A DNA stretch of 64,000 bases from an uncultured Clostridia bacterium (GTDB lineage: Bacteria > Bacillota > Clostridia > Oscillospirales > Oscillospiraceae). The stretch spans positions 5,055 through 69,054 of the forward strand of contig CAMNOV010000002.1 of assembly GCA_946547105.1 (NCBI GenBank), given 5' to 3'. The translations under genes were made by a program, and so were the position numbers. The notes below the pieces were generated by a model. That model saw only the letters and a list, made by a program, of their open reading frames with translations, searched no databases and was not told where the DNA came from. The number at the start of each line of letters is the position of its first letter. Positions within the stretch are counted from its first letter, which is position 1. Positions 42,762 through 52,157 of this stretch are shown piece after piece.

Positions 42762-43718
42762 ATGAAAAACGTATTAGTTCTCATACCGCTTACCGATGAA
42801 CAGAAGGCCAGGCTGGAGTCCATCGGCCCGGACTGCCGTTACCGTTATTCAAACGGCGCCGACGTCAGTACGGAAGACGTTCAAAGCGCCAACGTCATCA
42901 TCGGCTTTCCCATTCCGGCGATGATCAGAGCCTCGGACAAGCTTGAATTCCTGCAGCTGTCCTCCTCCGGCGCGGACGCCTATGTCAAGCCCGGCGTCCT
43001 CCGCCCCGGCACCGTCCTGTGCAGCGTCACCGGCGCCTATGGCCAGGCGGTGGGCGAGCACGCCTTCGCCATGACCTGGGAGCTGCTGAAAAAGCTGCAC
43101 CTGTACCGTGACGACCAGGCGATGGCACACTGGGGCGACCGCGGCATTGTGGGGACTCTGCGCGGTGCGACGGTCGTCGTGGTCGGCCTCGGCGATATCG
43201 GCTCGGAATACGCCCGCCTGGTAAAGGCGGTCGGCGCGAGAGTCATCGGCGTTAAGCGCCGTCCCTCGGCCTGCCCGGACTTTGTCGATGAGCTCTGCCT
43301 CACGGACGAGCTGGACCGCGTGCTGCCCGAGGCGGACGTTGTCTGCAGCATCCTGCCCGGCACGGCGAGCACCTACCATCTGTTTGACGCTGCGCGCTTT
43401 GCCAAAATGAAGCCATCCGCGATTTTCATCAACTGCGGACGCGGCACCGCACTGGACGCGGATGCGCTCTATGATGCCCTGGATCGAGGCGTGATCGCCG
43501 CCGCCGGTGCGGACGTCATGGAGATCGAGCCGTTTCCCGCCGAGCATCCGCTCTGGAAGCAGCCCAACATGGTCATCACGCCTCATATCTCCGGCGGCTT
43601 CCATCTGCCCGGCACGCTCGATCGCATCGTTGAGATCTGCCTTGCCAACTTCGAGGCCTGGCTCAAGGGCGGCGAGCTGCAAAACGTCATCGATTTCCAG
43701 ACCGGGTACAAGAAATAA
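42762..43718 (+). CDS. D-2-hydroxyacid dehydrogenase family protein
   Basis: Start at ATG 42762. 'GATVVVVGLGDIGSEYA', 'FINCGRG' and 'DVMEIEPFPAEHPLW....VITPHISG'. Confidence 0.8.
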   Translation: MKNVLVLIPLTDEQKARLESIGPDCRYRYSNGADVSTEDVQSANVIIGFPIPAMIRASDKLEFLQLSSSGADAYVKPGVLRPGTVLCSVTGAYGQAVGEHAFAMTWELLKKLHLYRDDQAMAHWGDRGIVGTLRGATVVVVGLGDIGSEYARLVKAVGARVIGVKRRPSACPDFVDELCLTDELDRVLPEADVVCSILPGTASTYHLFDAARFAKMKPSAIFINCGRGTALDADALYDALDRGVIAAAGADVMEIEPFPAEHPLWKQPNMVITPHISGGFHLPGTLDRIVEICLANFEAWLKGGELQNVIDFQTGYKK

Positions 43719-43720
43719 AT

Positions 43721-43768
43721 AAAAAAAACCGAACCCCACGCCGTCAGGCGCGGGGTTCGATTTTGTTT
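43721..43768. terminator. bidirectional intrinsic terminator between convergent genes
   Basis: aaaaaaaaCCGAACCCCaCGCC-gtca-GGCGcGGGGTTCGattttgttt; an A-tract lies on one side and a T-tract on the other. Confidence 0.7.
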
Positions 43769-44444
43769 ACCAGAGCTTCGGAAAGCGGCGGAGCAGGGCG
43801 TCGGCAATCCGGGAATAAGCCTTGCGCAGCCGCGGGACCGAGGCCAGCAGATAGTCCGCCTCGGCCAGCGCGACACCGGAGACGACGTCCGCCATCACAT
43901 GCTGACGCGTGGTCAGCGTGGAAACGCACACCATCAGCGACAGAAGCAGCGCAAGCAGTTTCGTCCAGCGGGGCAGATCCTTCCGCCCCCGCAGGCCGAT
44001 CCAGCAGAGCCAGGCGGTGGAGCAGTGCAGGGAGGGGAAGAGGTTTTCGGGTGTGTCCACCCAGTAGACGATGCGCATCAGCCCGTTCCAAAGCCCGCCG
44101 CCGGTGATTTCCGGGCGCTCCAGGGTCGTCGGCAGCAGCACGAAGCAGAGGAAGGACAGGCTCACCGTCAGCGCATGGGCGTAGAAGAAGCGGTCCGCCT
44201 GCTCGCGATCCCGCATGGCGATCAGAACAAAGCAGAGATACCAGTAGACAAAGCTGCCCAGATAGATGCTGACCGTCCAGGGGAGAAAGGGGACGGCTGC
44301 GTCCCAGGGGATGCTCATGTTCACATGCGGCCGCCAGAAGCAAAACAGCTTGGCCAGCCCAAAGCTGAGCGTGCTGAACAGCAGCGCGGCAACCGGAATG
44401 ATCAGCGCATAGCGGTTTCCGCGAAAAATTTTTTTGATTATCAT
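43767..44444 (-). CDS. PAP2-superfamily membrane phosphatase/transferase-like protein
   Basis: 5-6 TM helices. 'FPSLHCSTAW' and 'TRQHVMADVVSG' fit the PAP2 C2/C3 motifs (SxH ... HxxxD). Confidence 0.7.
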   Translation of the reverse strand: MIIKKIFRGNRYALIIPVAALLFSTLSFGLAKLFCFWRPHVNMSIPWDAAVPFLPWTVSIYLGSFVYWYLCFVLIAMRDREQADRFFYAHALTVSLSFLCFVLLPTTLERPEITGGGLWNGLMRIVYWVDTPENLFPSLHCSTAWLCWIGLRGRKDLPRWTKLLALLLSLMVCVSTLTTRQHVMADVVSGVALAEADYLLASVPRLRKAYSRIADALLRRFPKLW

Positions 44445-44516
44445 ATCATCATAACAAGGATCTGGCTGTGAAGGGATTCACAGCCAGATCCGGTCGGTTT
44501 CAATTTTGGTTCGGCC

Positions 44517-46181
44517 TTATTCGCGGCCGCCTTTGCCGAAGCGGCTGAGCAGCTGCTGCCAGAGGGCGGTCAGCTCATCCTTCTTGGTCACGTAGAGATA
44601 GGCGAGCAGCGCGACCAGCGCGACCAGGGCCGTAAAGATGATCACCATCAGCATGGCGCTGCTGGCGCGCTTGGAGCGGCTGTCCTCGTACCGGCTCTCG
44701 TCGGGCTTCTCCGTCGGCTGGGGATCGCTCTGCTCCTCCTGATCGGAGGGCGCCCTGGTGGGCTCGGGCTTGGCTTCGCCCGGCGCAACGGTCAGCTCCA
44801 GGGTGCAGCTTTGGCTGCCGTAGCTGACGGTGACGGTCTGCACGCCCTCGCGGGTAAAGCGGGAGGGGCTGCAGGTAAATCCGCTGCGCACCAGTTCGTC
44901 GCCCTGATCGGTGCTCACGCGCAGCACCATGCCGGTCGAGTCAAAGCTGTCGCCGACCTGGTAGTCGAGCTTGTTCGGCATCTTGTCGATGCTGATTTTC
45001 TGGATGGTCTTGGTCCCGCCCTGAACGGTCACGGTAAAGCTGGTGGTCTTGCCCTCATAGCTGACCGTGACGGTCTGGATGCCTGGGGTGCTGAGGACCT
45101 CGGGGCTGCAGGTAAAGCCGCTCGTGATCGGAACGCGGCGGCCTTTGTTGGTGATCGCCTCCAGCGCAAGGCCGGTGGTGTCCAGCCGCTCGCCCTGCTT
45201 GTATTCCCGCTTGGCGGGAAGCGCGGTGACGGCGATGGCCTCCACAACTTCCTTTTCCTCTTTCACGATGACCGGGAAGGTGACGGTGTTGTTCTGATAG
45301 GTGACGGTGATGGTCTGCGTGCCGACCTCGGTCAGCTTGGTGGGGCTGACGGTGAAGCCCTCGTTGTCGCTGACGACCATGCCGTTGGAGTAGTGGATGG
45401 TGAGCGTCAGACCGGTGGTGTCGAGCTCGTCTCCCTCGGTGTATTCCAGCTTGGTCGGCAGGGCGGAGATGGCGACGGAGGTGATGCTGGGCTCCACCAC
45501 GTTGACGGTGACGACCGGCGTGGTGACCGTTTCGCTCAGCCCGTTATTGTTGTTGGTGATGACGCAGTAGAAATAGGCCGGGCCGACGAATTCGGTGTTC
45601 ACGGCAAGCTCGGCGTCGGTTTTGCCCTCCAGCTTTTCACCGTCGATATTGTCCTTGATGGTGTTGCTGTACCACTGATAGCTCAGTGTGCCGCTGTCGT
45701 CCGTGCCAGCCTGCACGCGGATCCTCGCGTCCTCGCCCACAAAGCACTCCAGATCCTGCACCGTATAGTGGGGGATCGCAGGCTGCACGCTGATCGAGCA
45801 GGTCAGCGTGGCGACCGTCACAGTCTCGGTGCGCGTTTCGCCTTCGCCTTCACCCTCGCCTTCACCCTCAACGGGGACTTCCACCGTGTCGGTCACGACC
45901 AGAGTGAACTCATAGTCGCCCGCCAGGCCCGGCGTGCCGCGCAGGTAATGGGCGGCGGATCCGCCGCGGTCCTCGGTGACGATGGAGCAGTTATCCGGCA
46001 GATTGCCGCCGGACAGGGAGGCCGACCCGGTTTCGGTGGTGGCCATCTGCATATCCAGCGAGCTGCCGGCGCGCACGGTGCCGAGATTGACGACGATGCT
46101 TCCCTCGGCAAAGGCCGCCGCGGGAAGCAGCGCCATCAGCATCAGCGCCGCCAGAAGAATGGAAAGCAAACGTTTATTCAT
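44517..46181 (-). CDS. cell-surface protein with signal peptide, three tandem Big_3-like Ig repeats, Pro/Glu-rich linker and C-terminal TM anchor
   Basis: Signal peptide 'MNKRLLSILLAALMLMALLPAAAFA'. Three ~85-aa repeats follow the form '(I/V).(V/I)..(L/M)P.K.(E/D)Y..G(D/E).(L/F)D..G(L/M).L......G......GFT.SP......G.QT(I/V)TV(T/S)Y'. The motif 'GEGEGEGEGE' is present. C-terminal 'AMLMVIIFTALVALVALLAYLYV'. Confidence 0.75.
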   Translation of the reverse strand: MNKRLLSILLAALMLMALLPAAAFAEGSIVVNLGTVRAGSSLDMQMATTETGSASLSGGNLPDNCSIVTEDRGGSAAHYLRGTPGLAGDYEFTLVVTDTVEVPVEGEGEGEGEGETRTETVTVATLTCSISVQPAIPHYTVQDLECFVGEDARIRVQAGTDDSGTLSYQWYSNTIKDNIDGEKLEGKTDAELAVNTEFVGPAYFYCVITNNNNGLSETVTTPVVTVNVVEPSITSVAISALPTKLEYTEGDELDTTGLTLTIHYSNGMVVSDNEGFTVSPTKLTEVGTQTITVTYQNNTVTFPVIVKEEKEVVEAIAVTALPAKREYKQGERLDTTGLALEAITNKGRRVPITSGFTCSPEVLSTPGIQTVTVSYEGKTTSFTVTVQGGTKTIQKISIDKMPNKLDYQVGDSFDSTGMVLRVSTDQGDELVRSGFTCSPSRFTREGVQTVTVSYGSQSCTLELTVAPGEAKPEPTRAPSDQEEQSDPQPTEKPDESRYEDSRSKRASSAMLMVIIFTALVALVALLAYLYVTKKDELTALWQQLLSRFGKGGRE

Positions 46182-46338
46182 AAAAATTTACTCCTTGTCA
46201 ATGATTACATTGCGGTTACATTATAGCGCTTTCCTCGGCAAAGGTCAACCGGAGGGGATGCGCAAAAGCGTTGCTAAGAGCGGTGTTTTATGGTAAAATA
46301 AGAATTATTAAGGAATATTCGGCAAAGGAGGGCTCGTT

Positions 46339-48027
46339 TTGGACGGAAAACGCTGGTATAAGGAGATGTCCGTCTACCAGATCTGGCCGCGCAGCTTCTG
46401 CGACGGCAACGGCGACGGCATCGGCGATCTGTGGGGCGTGCTCGGCAAGCTCGACTATATCAAAAGCCTCGGCGTGGACGCGATCTGGTTTTCGCCGCTC
46501 TATCCCTCGCCGAACGCGGATTTCGGCTACGATATCGCCGATTACCGGAACATCCACCCGGATTACGGTGATCTTGAGGTCTTCCGCCAGGTGCTCCAAG
46601 GCGCGCATCAGCGCGGCCTGCGTGTGTTCATGGACCTGGTCGTGAACCACACCTCGGACGAGCACCCCTGGTTTATCGAAAGCCGCAAGAGCAAAGACAA
46701 CCCTTACCATGACTATTACTATTGGCGCCCGGGCAGGAAAAAGAACGGGAAAACCCTGCCGCCGAACAACTGGACCAGCATTTTCGAGGGCGGCGCCTGG
46801 GAATATGACGAGCACTTGGACGAATACTATCTCCACCTCTTTGCCAAAAAGCAGCCGGATCTGAACATGGACAATCCCCGCGTCCGACAGGAGGTCAAGG
46901 ACATCATGCGCTTCTGGCTGGACATGGGCGTGGACGGCTTCCGCGAGGACGTGATCACCTTCATCTCCAAGGCGCCCGGCCTGCCGAACAGCTATCCGCC
47001 GAGCCCGATCGCCAACGGGATGAAGTACTATATCAATCGCCCGGAGGCGCACCAGTATCTGGCCGAATTCAAGCGCGAGGTGCTCGACCACTATGACTGC
47101 TTCACCGTCGGCGAGAGTCCGATGACCACGGCCGACACGGCGCTGCGCTATATCAGTGAGGGGCCGGATCAGGTGCTCGACGAGATGATCGGCTTTTCCC
47201 ATATGGAGGCCGACTGCTTCATGACCGATATGATCCAGCGCCCCTTCAACCTGCGCAAAATGAAAAAAGCCTTCAGCGAATGGCAGATGAAGCTGCAGGA
47301 CAGGGCCTGGCCCGCGCTCTATATCGAAAACCACGACCATCCGCGCATCATCAGCCGCTACGGCAGCGAAAAATACCGCACGGAGAGCGGCAAGATGCTC
47401 GCCGCCATGTATATCCTCCAGCGCGGCACGCCCTTCATCTACCAGGGGCAGGAGATCGGCATGCTGAATATCTCGCTGCCGCGCCTGGAGGACTATCCGG
47501 ACGTGATGGCGCGCAACAACGCCCGCATCCTCTCGCACTTCCTGCCGAAGAAGAAGGTGCTGGACATTATCCGCCGCTCGAGCCGCGACAGCGCGCGCAC
47601 CCCGGTGCAGTGGTCGGCAGAAGCCTACGCCGGCTTCAGCACGCACGAGCCCTGGCTGCGCGTGAACGACAACTACACGCGCATCAACGTCGCCTCGCAG
47701 GAGAAGGATCCGGATTCGCTGCTGAATTTCTATCGCGCGCTTTTGCAGTTTCGCAAGGACAACAGCGCCGCGCTCTATGGCGACTATCGGGAGCACTGCC
47801 CGGACAGCAATGATTTCTATGTCTATGAGCGCCGCAGCGAGGAGCAGCGGCTGCTGGTGATCTGCTCCTTCTCCTCCGAACTCAAGCGCTTTGACGCGCC
47901 GGAGGGGATCGACCTGGATCAGTGGCAGCTCGTGCTGCACAACTACGACGTGAATTTCATCATCGAAAACGGCTATACGGCCCGGCCCTACGAGCTGCGG
48001 GTCTATCAGACGAAAACCGGGATATAA
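46339..48027 (+). CDS. GH13 alpha-glucosidase / oligo-1,6-glucosidase
   Basis: TTG start after AAGGAGGG. 'WYKE.SVYQIWPRSF.D.NGDGIGDL.G....LDYIKSLGVDAIWFSPLY.SPN.DFGYDI.DY', 'GFREDVI' and 'ENHDHPR' are the GH13 catalytic regions. Confidence 0.9.
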   Translation: MDGKRWYKEMSVYQIWPRSFCDGNGDGIGDLWGVLGKLDYIKSLGVDAIWFSPLYPSPNADFGYDIADYRNIHPDYGDLEVFRQVLQGAHQRGLRVFMDLVVNHTSDEHPWFIESRKSKDNPYHDYYYWRPGRKKNGKTLPPNNWTSIFEGGAWEYDEHLDEYYLHLFAKKQPDLNMDNPRVRQEVKDIMRFWLDMGVDGFREDVITFISKAPGLPNSYPPSPIANGMKYYINRPEAHQYLAEFKREVLDHYDCFTVGESPMTTADTALRYISEGPDQVLDEMIGFSHMEADCFMTDMIQRPFNLRKMKKAFSEWQMKLQDRAWPALYIENHDHPRIISRYGSEKYRTESGKMLAAMYILQRGTPFIYQGQEIGMLNISLPRLEDYPDVMARNNARILSHFLPKKKVLDIIRRSSRDSARTPVQWSAEAYAGFSTHEPWLRVNDNYTRINVASQEKDPDSLLNFYRALLQFRKDNSAALYGDYREHCPDSNDFYVYERRSEEQRLLVICSFSSELKRFDAPEGIDLDQWQLVLHNYDVNFIIENGYTARPYELRVYQTKTGI

Positions 48028-48030
48028 GTG

Positions 48031-48894
48031 ATGAGCATACAGGAAAAAGCATACGCAAAAATCAATATTTCGCTGGACGTGGCCGGCAAGCGGCCGGACG
48101 GCTATCATGAGATGATCATGCCGATGCAGACGGTCTCGCTCTGTGATCTGCTGACCATCCGCATGGAGGGCGAGGGCATCCGCGCTAAAAGCAACCTCCG
48201 CTACGTGCCGGGGGACGAGCGCAATCTCGCCGTCCGCGCGGCCAAACGCTATCTGGAGACGATCGGCGAGGAAGGCCAGGGGCTGCGCATCGAGCTTGAC
48301 AAGCGCATCCCGGTCGGTGCCGGGATGGGCGGGGGCTCGGCGGACGCGGCGGCGACGCTGCGCGCGCTCAACCGCGCCTATAGCGAACGCCTCGGCCGGG
48401 AGGAACTGACAGCCCTGGCCGCCGAGATCGGCTCTGACGTGGCCTTCTGCCTCGTGGGCGGCACGATGCTTGCCACCGGGCGGGGAGAGAATCTGCAGCC
48501 GATCGCCCCGCTGCCGCCCTGCCACATCGCCATCGTCAAGCCTTCTTTCTCGATCTCCACGCCGGAGCTGTTCAACAAGCTCGACCGCGCGCCGATCCGT
48601 ATTCACCCGGACACGAACGGCCTGATCGAGGCCATGGAGCAGGGCGACCTGCAGGGAGTCTGCCGGAGGCTGTACAACGTCTTTGAGGACGTGGACGACC
48701 GCCGTATGCGCAGCATCCGCCAGATCAAGGGCGAGCTGCTGGACGGCGGCGCGCTCGGCGCGGTGATGACCGGGACGGGCTCGGCGGTGTTCGGCCTCTT
48801 TGACGACGGCGAAGCCGCGGTGCGCTGCTGCGAGAAGATGAAAAAAGAATACGGCTTTGCCTTCGTGGCCGAGACGGTCGGCACGTTGCTGTAA
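48031..48894 (+). CDS. ispE: 4-(cytidine 5'-diphospho)-2-C-methyl-D-erythritol kinase
   Basis: 'AYAKINISLDV.GKR.DGYHE' N-terminus and GHMP motif 'KRIPVGAGMGGGSADAAA'. Confidence 0.9.
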   Translation: MSIQEKAYAKINISLDVAGKRPDGYHEMIMPMQTVSLCDLLTIRMEGEGIRAKSNLRYVPGDERNLAVRAAKRYLETIGEEGQGLRIELDKRIPVGAGMGGGSADAAATLRALNRAYSERLGREELTALAAEIGSDVAFCLVGGTMLATGRGENLQPIAPLPPCHIAIVKPSFSISTPELFNKLDRAPIRIHPDTNGLIEAMEQGDLQGVCRRLYNVFEDVDDRRMRSIRQIKGELLDGGALGAVMTGTGSAVFGLFDDGEAAVRCCEKMKKEYGFAFVAETVGTLL

Positions 48895-48906
48895 GGAGGC
48901 GGGACG

Positions 48907-49740
48907 ATGCCCCAGGTCATTGAGATCGCGGATCTGTCCGCACCGGAGCTGGAGGTCTATGCCCGCCTCACCGAAGGGCAGCTGAAAAACCGGGCCGAGC
49001 CGGAAAAAGGCCTGTTTATCGCCGAAAGCCCGAAGGTCATCGACCGGGCGCTGGACGCGGGTTATGAGCCGGTGTCTCTGCTGATGGAGCGCAAGCACAT
49101 CGAGGGCCAGGCGCGGGAGATCGTCGCGCGCTGCGGCGAGATCCCGGTCTATACCTCCGAGCTTTCTGTTCTGAAAGAACTGACCGGCTTTCCGCTCACG
49201 CGAGGCGTACTTTGCGCGATGCGAAGAAAGCCGCTGCCGGAGGCGGAGGCCGTCTGCTCGGGAGCAAGACGCGTGGCCGTATTGGAAGAAGTCGTCAACC
49301 CCACCAACGTCGGGGCGATCTTTCGTTCCGCCGCAGCGCTCGGTATGGACGCCGTGCTGCTCACGCCCGGCTCCTGTGATCCGCTCTACCGCCGCGCCGT
49401 GCGTGTCAGCATGGGCACGGTGTTTCAGATCCCATGGGCTTTCATCGGCACGGAGATCGCCGACTGGCCGCATCCGGGCATGGATCGCCTGCATGCGCTC
49501 GGCTTCAAAACCGTCGCCATGGCGCTGGAGGACGACTCTGTGTCTATTGACGATCCGCGCCTTGCCTCCGAGGAAAAGCTCGCGCTGATCCTCGGTACAG
49601 AAGGAGAGGGTCTCGCCGCATGCACGATCGCTGACTGCGATTACACCGCGCGCATCCCGATGTCCCACGGCGTGGATTCGCTCAACGTCGCCGCGGCCAG
49701 CGCCGTGGCTTTCTGGCAGCTGGGAGGAGGCCGCCCATGA
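48907..49740 (+). CDS. TrmH/SpoU-family RNA 2'-O-methyltransferase
   Basis: 'NPTNVGAIFRSAAALG.DAVLL', 'LILGTEGEGL' and 'IPM..GVDSLNVAAASAVAFW'. Confidence 0.8.
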   Translation: MPQVIEIADLSAPELEVYARLTEGQLKNRAEPEKGLFIAESPKVIDRALDAGYEPVSLLMERKHIEGQAREIVARCGEIPVYTSELSVLKELTGFPLTRGVLCAMRRKPLPEAEAVCSGARRVAVLEEVVNPTNVGAIFRSAAALGMDAVLLTPGSCDPLYRRAVRVSMGTVFQIPWAFIGTEIADWPHPGMDRLHALGFKTVAMALEDDSVSIDDPRLASEEKLALILGTEGEGLAACTIADCDYTARIPMSHGVDSLNVAAASAVAFWQLGGGRP

Positions 49741-50597
49741 TTTGTGTGTACCCCGATTTCTACCGCGCCTTTGCCTGCAAGGCGTCGTTCTGTCGCCACA
49801 GCTGCTGCCGCGGCTGGGAGATCGACGTGGACGAGGAGAGCGCCGCGTATTACCGCGCGCTGTCGGGCAAGCTCGGCGACGACCTGCGCGCCGCGCTCGT
49901 CGAGGAAGCCGGGGTCTGGCACTTCCGCCTGACGGACGACGAGCGCTGCCCCTTTCTGCGCAGGGACGGCCTGTGCCGTCTGATCCGGGAGCTGGGGGAG
50001 CATGCGCTCTGCGATATCTGCGCGCTGCACCCGCGCTTTTACGGCGAGCTGGGCAGCTTTGAGTTCTGCGGCCTCGGTCTGAGCTGTGAAAAAGTCTGCG
50101 AGCTTCTGCTTGCCACCTCCGCGCCGCTGCGCTTCCGGTTGGACGACGAGGCAGATCCGGTGGACTTTGCGGGTCTGCTGCGCCGGATGGGGCTGGAACC
50201 TGTGGAGGAGCTGCTCCGTTTTGCGCCGAAGCCGAGCGAGGCGCGCTATGCCGAGATCCTGCGCCGGCTTTCGGAGACGGAGCCGATCGACGAGGCCTGG
50301 ACGGAGCATCTGCGTCAGCTGCGCGCGGCGCTGCCCGATCTCGTCGAAAATGCGGCCGACTACGCCGCTGTCTGTGACCGCGGGCGCTACGACCGCATCT
50401 ATCAGTATATCCTCTTTCGCCAGCTCGAGCGGGCGGGGGAGTATGAGTTCCCGGCGCTGGCCGTCTATGCGCGGCTGAGCACCGAATTCGTCTTCATGCA
50501 GGACGCGCTCCTCGGTATCGATCCCGAGCATCTGCGCCGCTGGTCGGAGCAGATCGAATACAGCACCGAAAACGTCGACCGCCTGCTGAGCATCTGA
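49737..50597 (+). CDS. Cys-rich FliB-like (putative protein lysine-N-methylase family) protein
   Basis: ATGA overlap with the upstream gene. 'F.C.AS.C.HSCC.GWEI.VDE.S...Y' and 'CPFL..DGLC.L..ELGE..LC.IC..HPRF' match the N-terminal Cys pattern I associate with flagellin lysine-N-methylase homologues. Confidence 0.45.
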   Translation: MICVYPDFYRAFACKASFCRHSCCRGWEIDVDEESAAYYRALSGKLGDDLRAALVEEAGVWHFRLTDDERCPFLRRDGLCRLIRELGEHALCDICALHPRFYGELGSFEFCGLGLSCEKVCELLLATSAPLRFRLDDEADPVDFAGLLRRMGLEPVEELLRFAPKPSEARYAEILRRLSETEPIDEAWTEHLRQLRAALPDLVENAADYAAVCDRGRYDRIYQYILFRQLERAGEYEFPALAVYARLSTEFVFMQDALLGIDPEHLRRWSEQIEYSTENVDRLLSI

Positions 50598-50717
50598 TCA
50601 CGCCGCCTCGTCGTCGCTGACCGCCTCGTAGTAATCCGCCTCCGAGGCAAAGAGACGGTATTCGCCGTCGATGAGTCCGTAATAGCCGCCCGCTGTGAAA
50701 TATCCGCGCATGTTCAT
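50598..50717 (-). CDS. possible 39-aa small protein
   Basis: GGGAGGGc precedes ATGaacATG on the minus strand. The sequence is 'MNMRGYFTAGGYYGLIDGEYRLFASEADYYEAVSDDEAA'. No family recognised; it may not be expressed. Confidence 0.3.
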   Translation of the reverse strand: MNMRGYFTAGGYYGLIDGEYRLFASEADYYEAVSDDEAA

Positions 50718-50805
50718 GCCCTCCCGTGTTTCATTTGATGACCTGATTATAAAGCAAGCACTGTCCGATAAAACGGACAGTGCTTGCTGAATTTTTATAG
50801 ATTTT

Positions 50806-52083
50806 TCAGGCAAGTCCGGGCTTGCACGGGCGGCCGATCGCTCGGCGGTGGGCGTAGTAGAGTTCCTCCGTGGCGAGAGCCATTTTGGTTACGGCAAAGT
50901 CCCGGCCATGGGGGTAGATGTACCAGGTGTCATCCAGCGTGTTCAGATCCACGCAGTCGCCGTATTTGCCGAGATATTCGTATTCGATATGGCAGGAGTA
51001 GAGGCTGGGTACGGGCTTGAGCATCTCAAAGGGGTCGCCGTCGGCGTCCGTGCCGCGCACGGTGAAGCCGTTCATGTCGTGCACGAGCGTCCCGTTTCCG
51101 AGCCGGATGAACTTTTTCGCGTTCGGAAGCGTATCCACGTGTACCTCCAGCTCGCCGCTGGAATAGGTTCCGGCCTCGACCTCGGCGCGCACGTTCGCGC
51201 GTTCCCATTCGTACCAGTCCGGGATGTGCGAAAACTCCGTCTCGCCGTCCACGGCCTCCAGCTCGCCCAGCTCCGTCATGCGCCAGCGTTTGCCGCAGCT
51301 TTCACAGAAAAGCTCCGCGCCCTTGGATGCCATGCGAAACTCCGTCCGGCAGTGCGGGCACTGATAGAGCACCTTGTGCAGCCCCTCGGCGCGCCCCTTG
51401 TAGGGCGTGCGGATGCCGCGCGCCTTCTGCCAGGCAAAGTCGTCGTACTGGAACAGCTCCAGGATCTTTGCGTTGACTTCGTCGGCCGTGGCTTTTTCCA
51501 ACTCCTCCGCCGTGAAGATCTGCGTCAGCTCGGCCTCGGTTGGCTTCACGCCGCGGTCGTGCAGGTTCCAGAACGGGGAGTTGACGTGGTGCCCGTGGCA
51601 GATCAGCGTCACGACCGGCACCTTGAGAAGTTTGCACAGCTTCCCGAGCGAGGCGGGCAGAACGGCGGTGGTGCCGCAGAGGGAATAGCGCGCCTCGGGG
51701 TAAATCATGGCGATATCGCCGTTTTTCACGACCTGCCGAAGCTGACGGATCAGCGTGAGGTCGTTGGTGAATTTGCGCTTGCAGATGCAGCCTACCTGCC
51801 GCAGCAGCTCTTCACGCCCAATGAAGCCGTCGATCGCGACGACGTAATTGGCGCGGTGGGGAAAAGTGGCCAGCGTGGCGACCTTGAAATCGAGAAAGGC
51901 GTTGTGGTTGCACAGCAGCACGTAGGGCGGCTTGAGCCCGTCGGCGTTGATCTTCCGGATCTGCGCATGGTGCTTCCACACGTCCGGCGCGCTGAGCGCC
52001 CAGGTCAGCGGGCGCAGAAAGGCGCGCGTGCGCACCGGCGGGCGCTGCATGTCAAAGCGTTCAAAATCCTGGCTCACGGTCAT
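50806..52083 (-). CDS. lysophospholipid/glycerol-3-phosphate acyltransferase (PlsC-like) family protein with zinc-ribbon and C-terminal extension
   Basis: Start at ATG 52083 (RBS GAGGGAGGG). Acyltransferase motif I is 'CNHNAFLD' and motif III is 'IYPEARYS'. 'CPHCRTEF......LFCESCGKRW' is a zinc ribbon. Confidence 0.7.
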   Translation of the reverse strand: MTVSQDFERFDMQRPPVRTRAFLRPLTWALSAPDVWKHHAQIRKINADGLKPPYVLLCNHNAFLDFKVATLATFPHRANYVVAIDGFIGREELLRQVGCICKRKFTNDLTLIRQLRQVVKNGDIAMIYPEARYSLCGTTAVLPASLGKLCKLLKVPVVTLICHGHHVNSPFWNLHDRGVKPTEAELTQIFTAEELEKATADEVNAKILELFQYDDFAWQKARGIRTPYKGRAEGLHKVLYQCPHCRTEFRMASKGAELFCESCGKRWRMTELGELEAVDGETEFSHIPDWYEWERANVRAEVEAGTYSSGELEVHVDTLPNAKKFIRLGNGTLVHDMNGFTVRGTDADGDPFEMLKPVPSLYSCHIEYEYLGKYGDCVDLNTLDDTWYIYPHGRDFAVTKMALATEELYYAHRRAIGRPCKPGLA

Positions 52084-52157
52084 CCCTCCCTCTTCCACAG
52101 CATAACACAGGTTCCTGTTGTGCACAACGTATAAAAGCGAAAAAAACCGCCGATACT

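Noticed and set aside
46288-49668. 1126-aa minus-strand ORF
   Set aside because: It is antisense to the GH13 glucosidase, ispE and TrmH genes, all of which have strong signatures. It would have to read across three independent plus-strand genes and their intergenic regions. Composition is Arg/Ala/Gly/His-biased. High-GC artefact.
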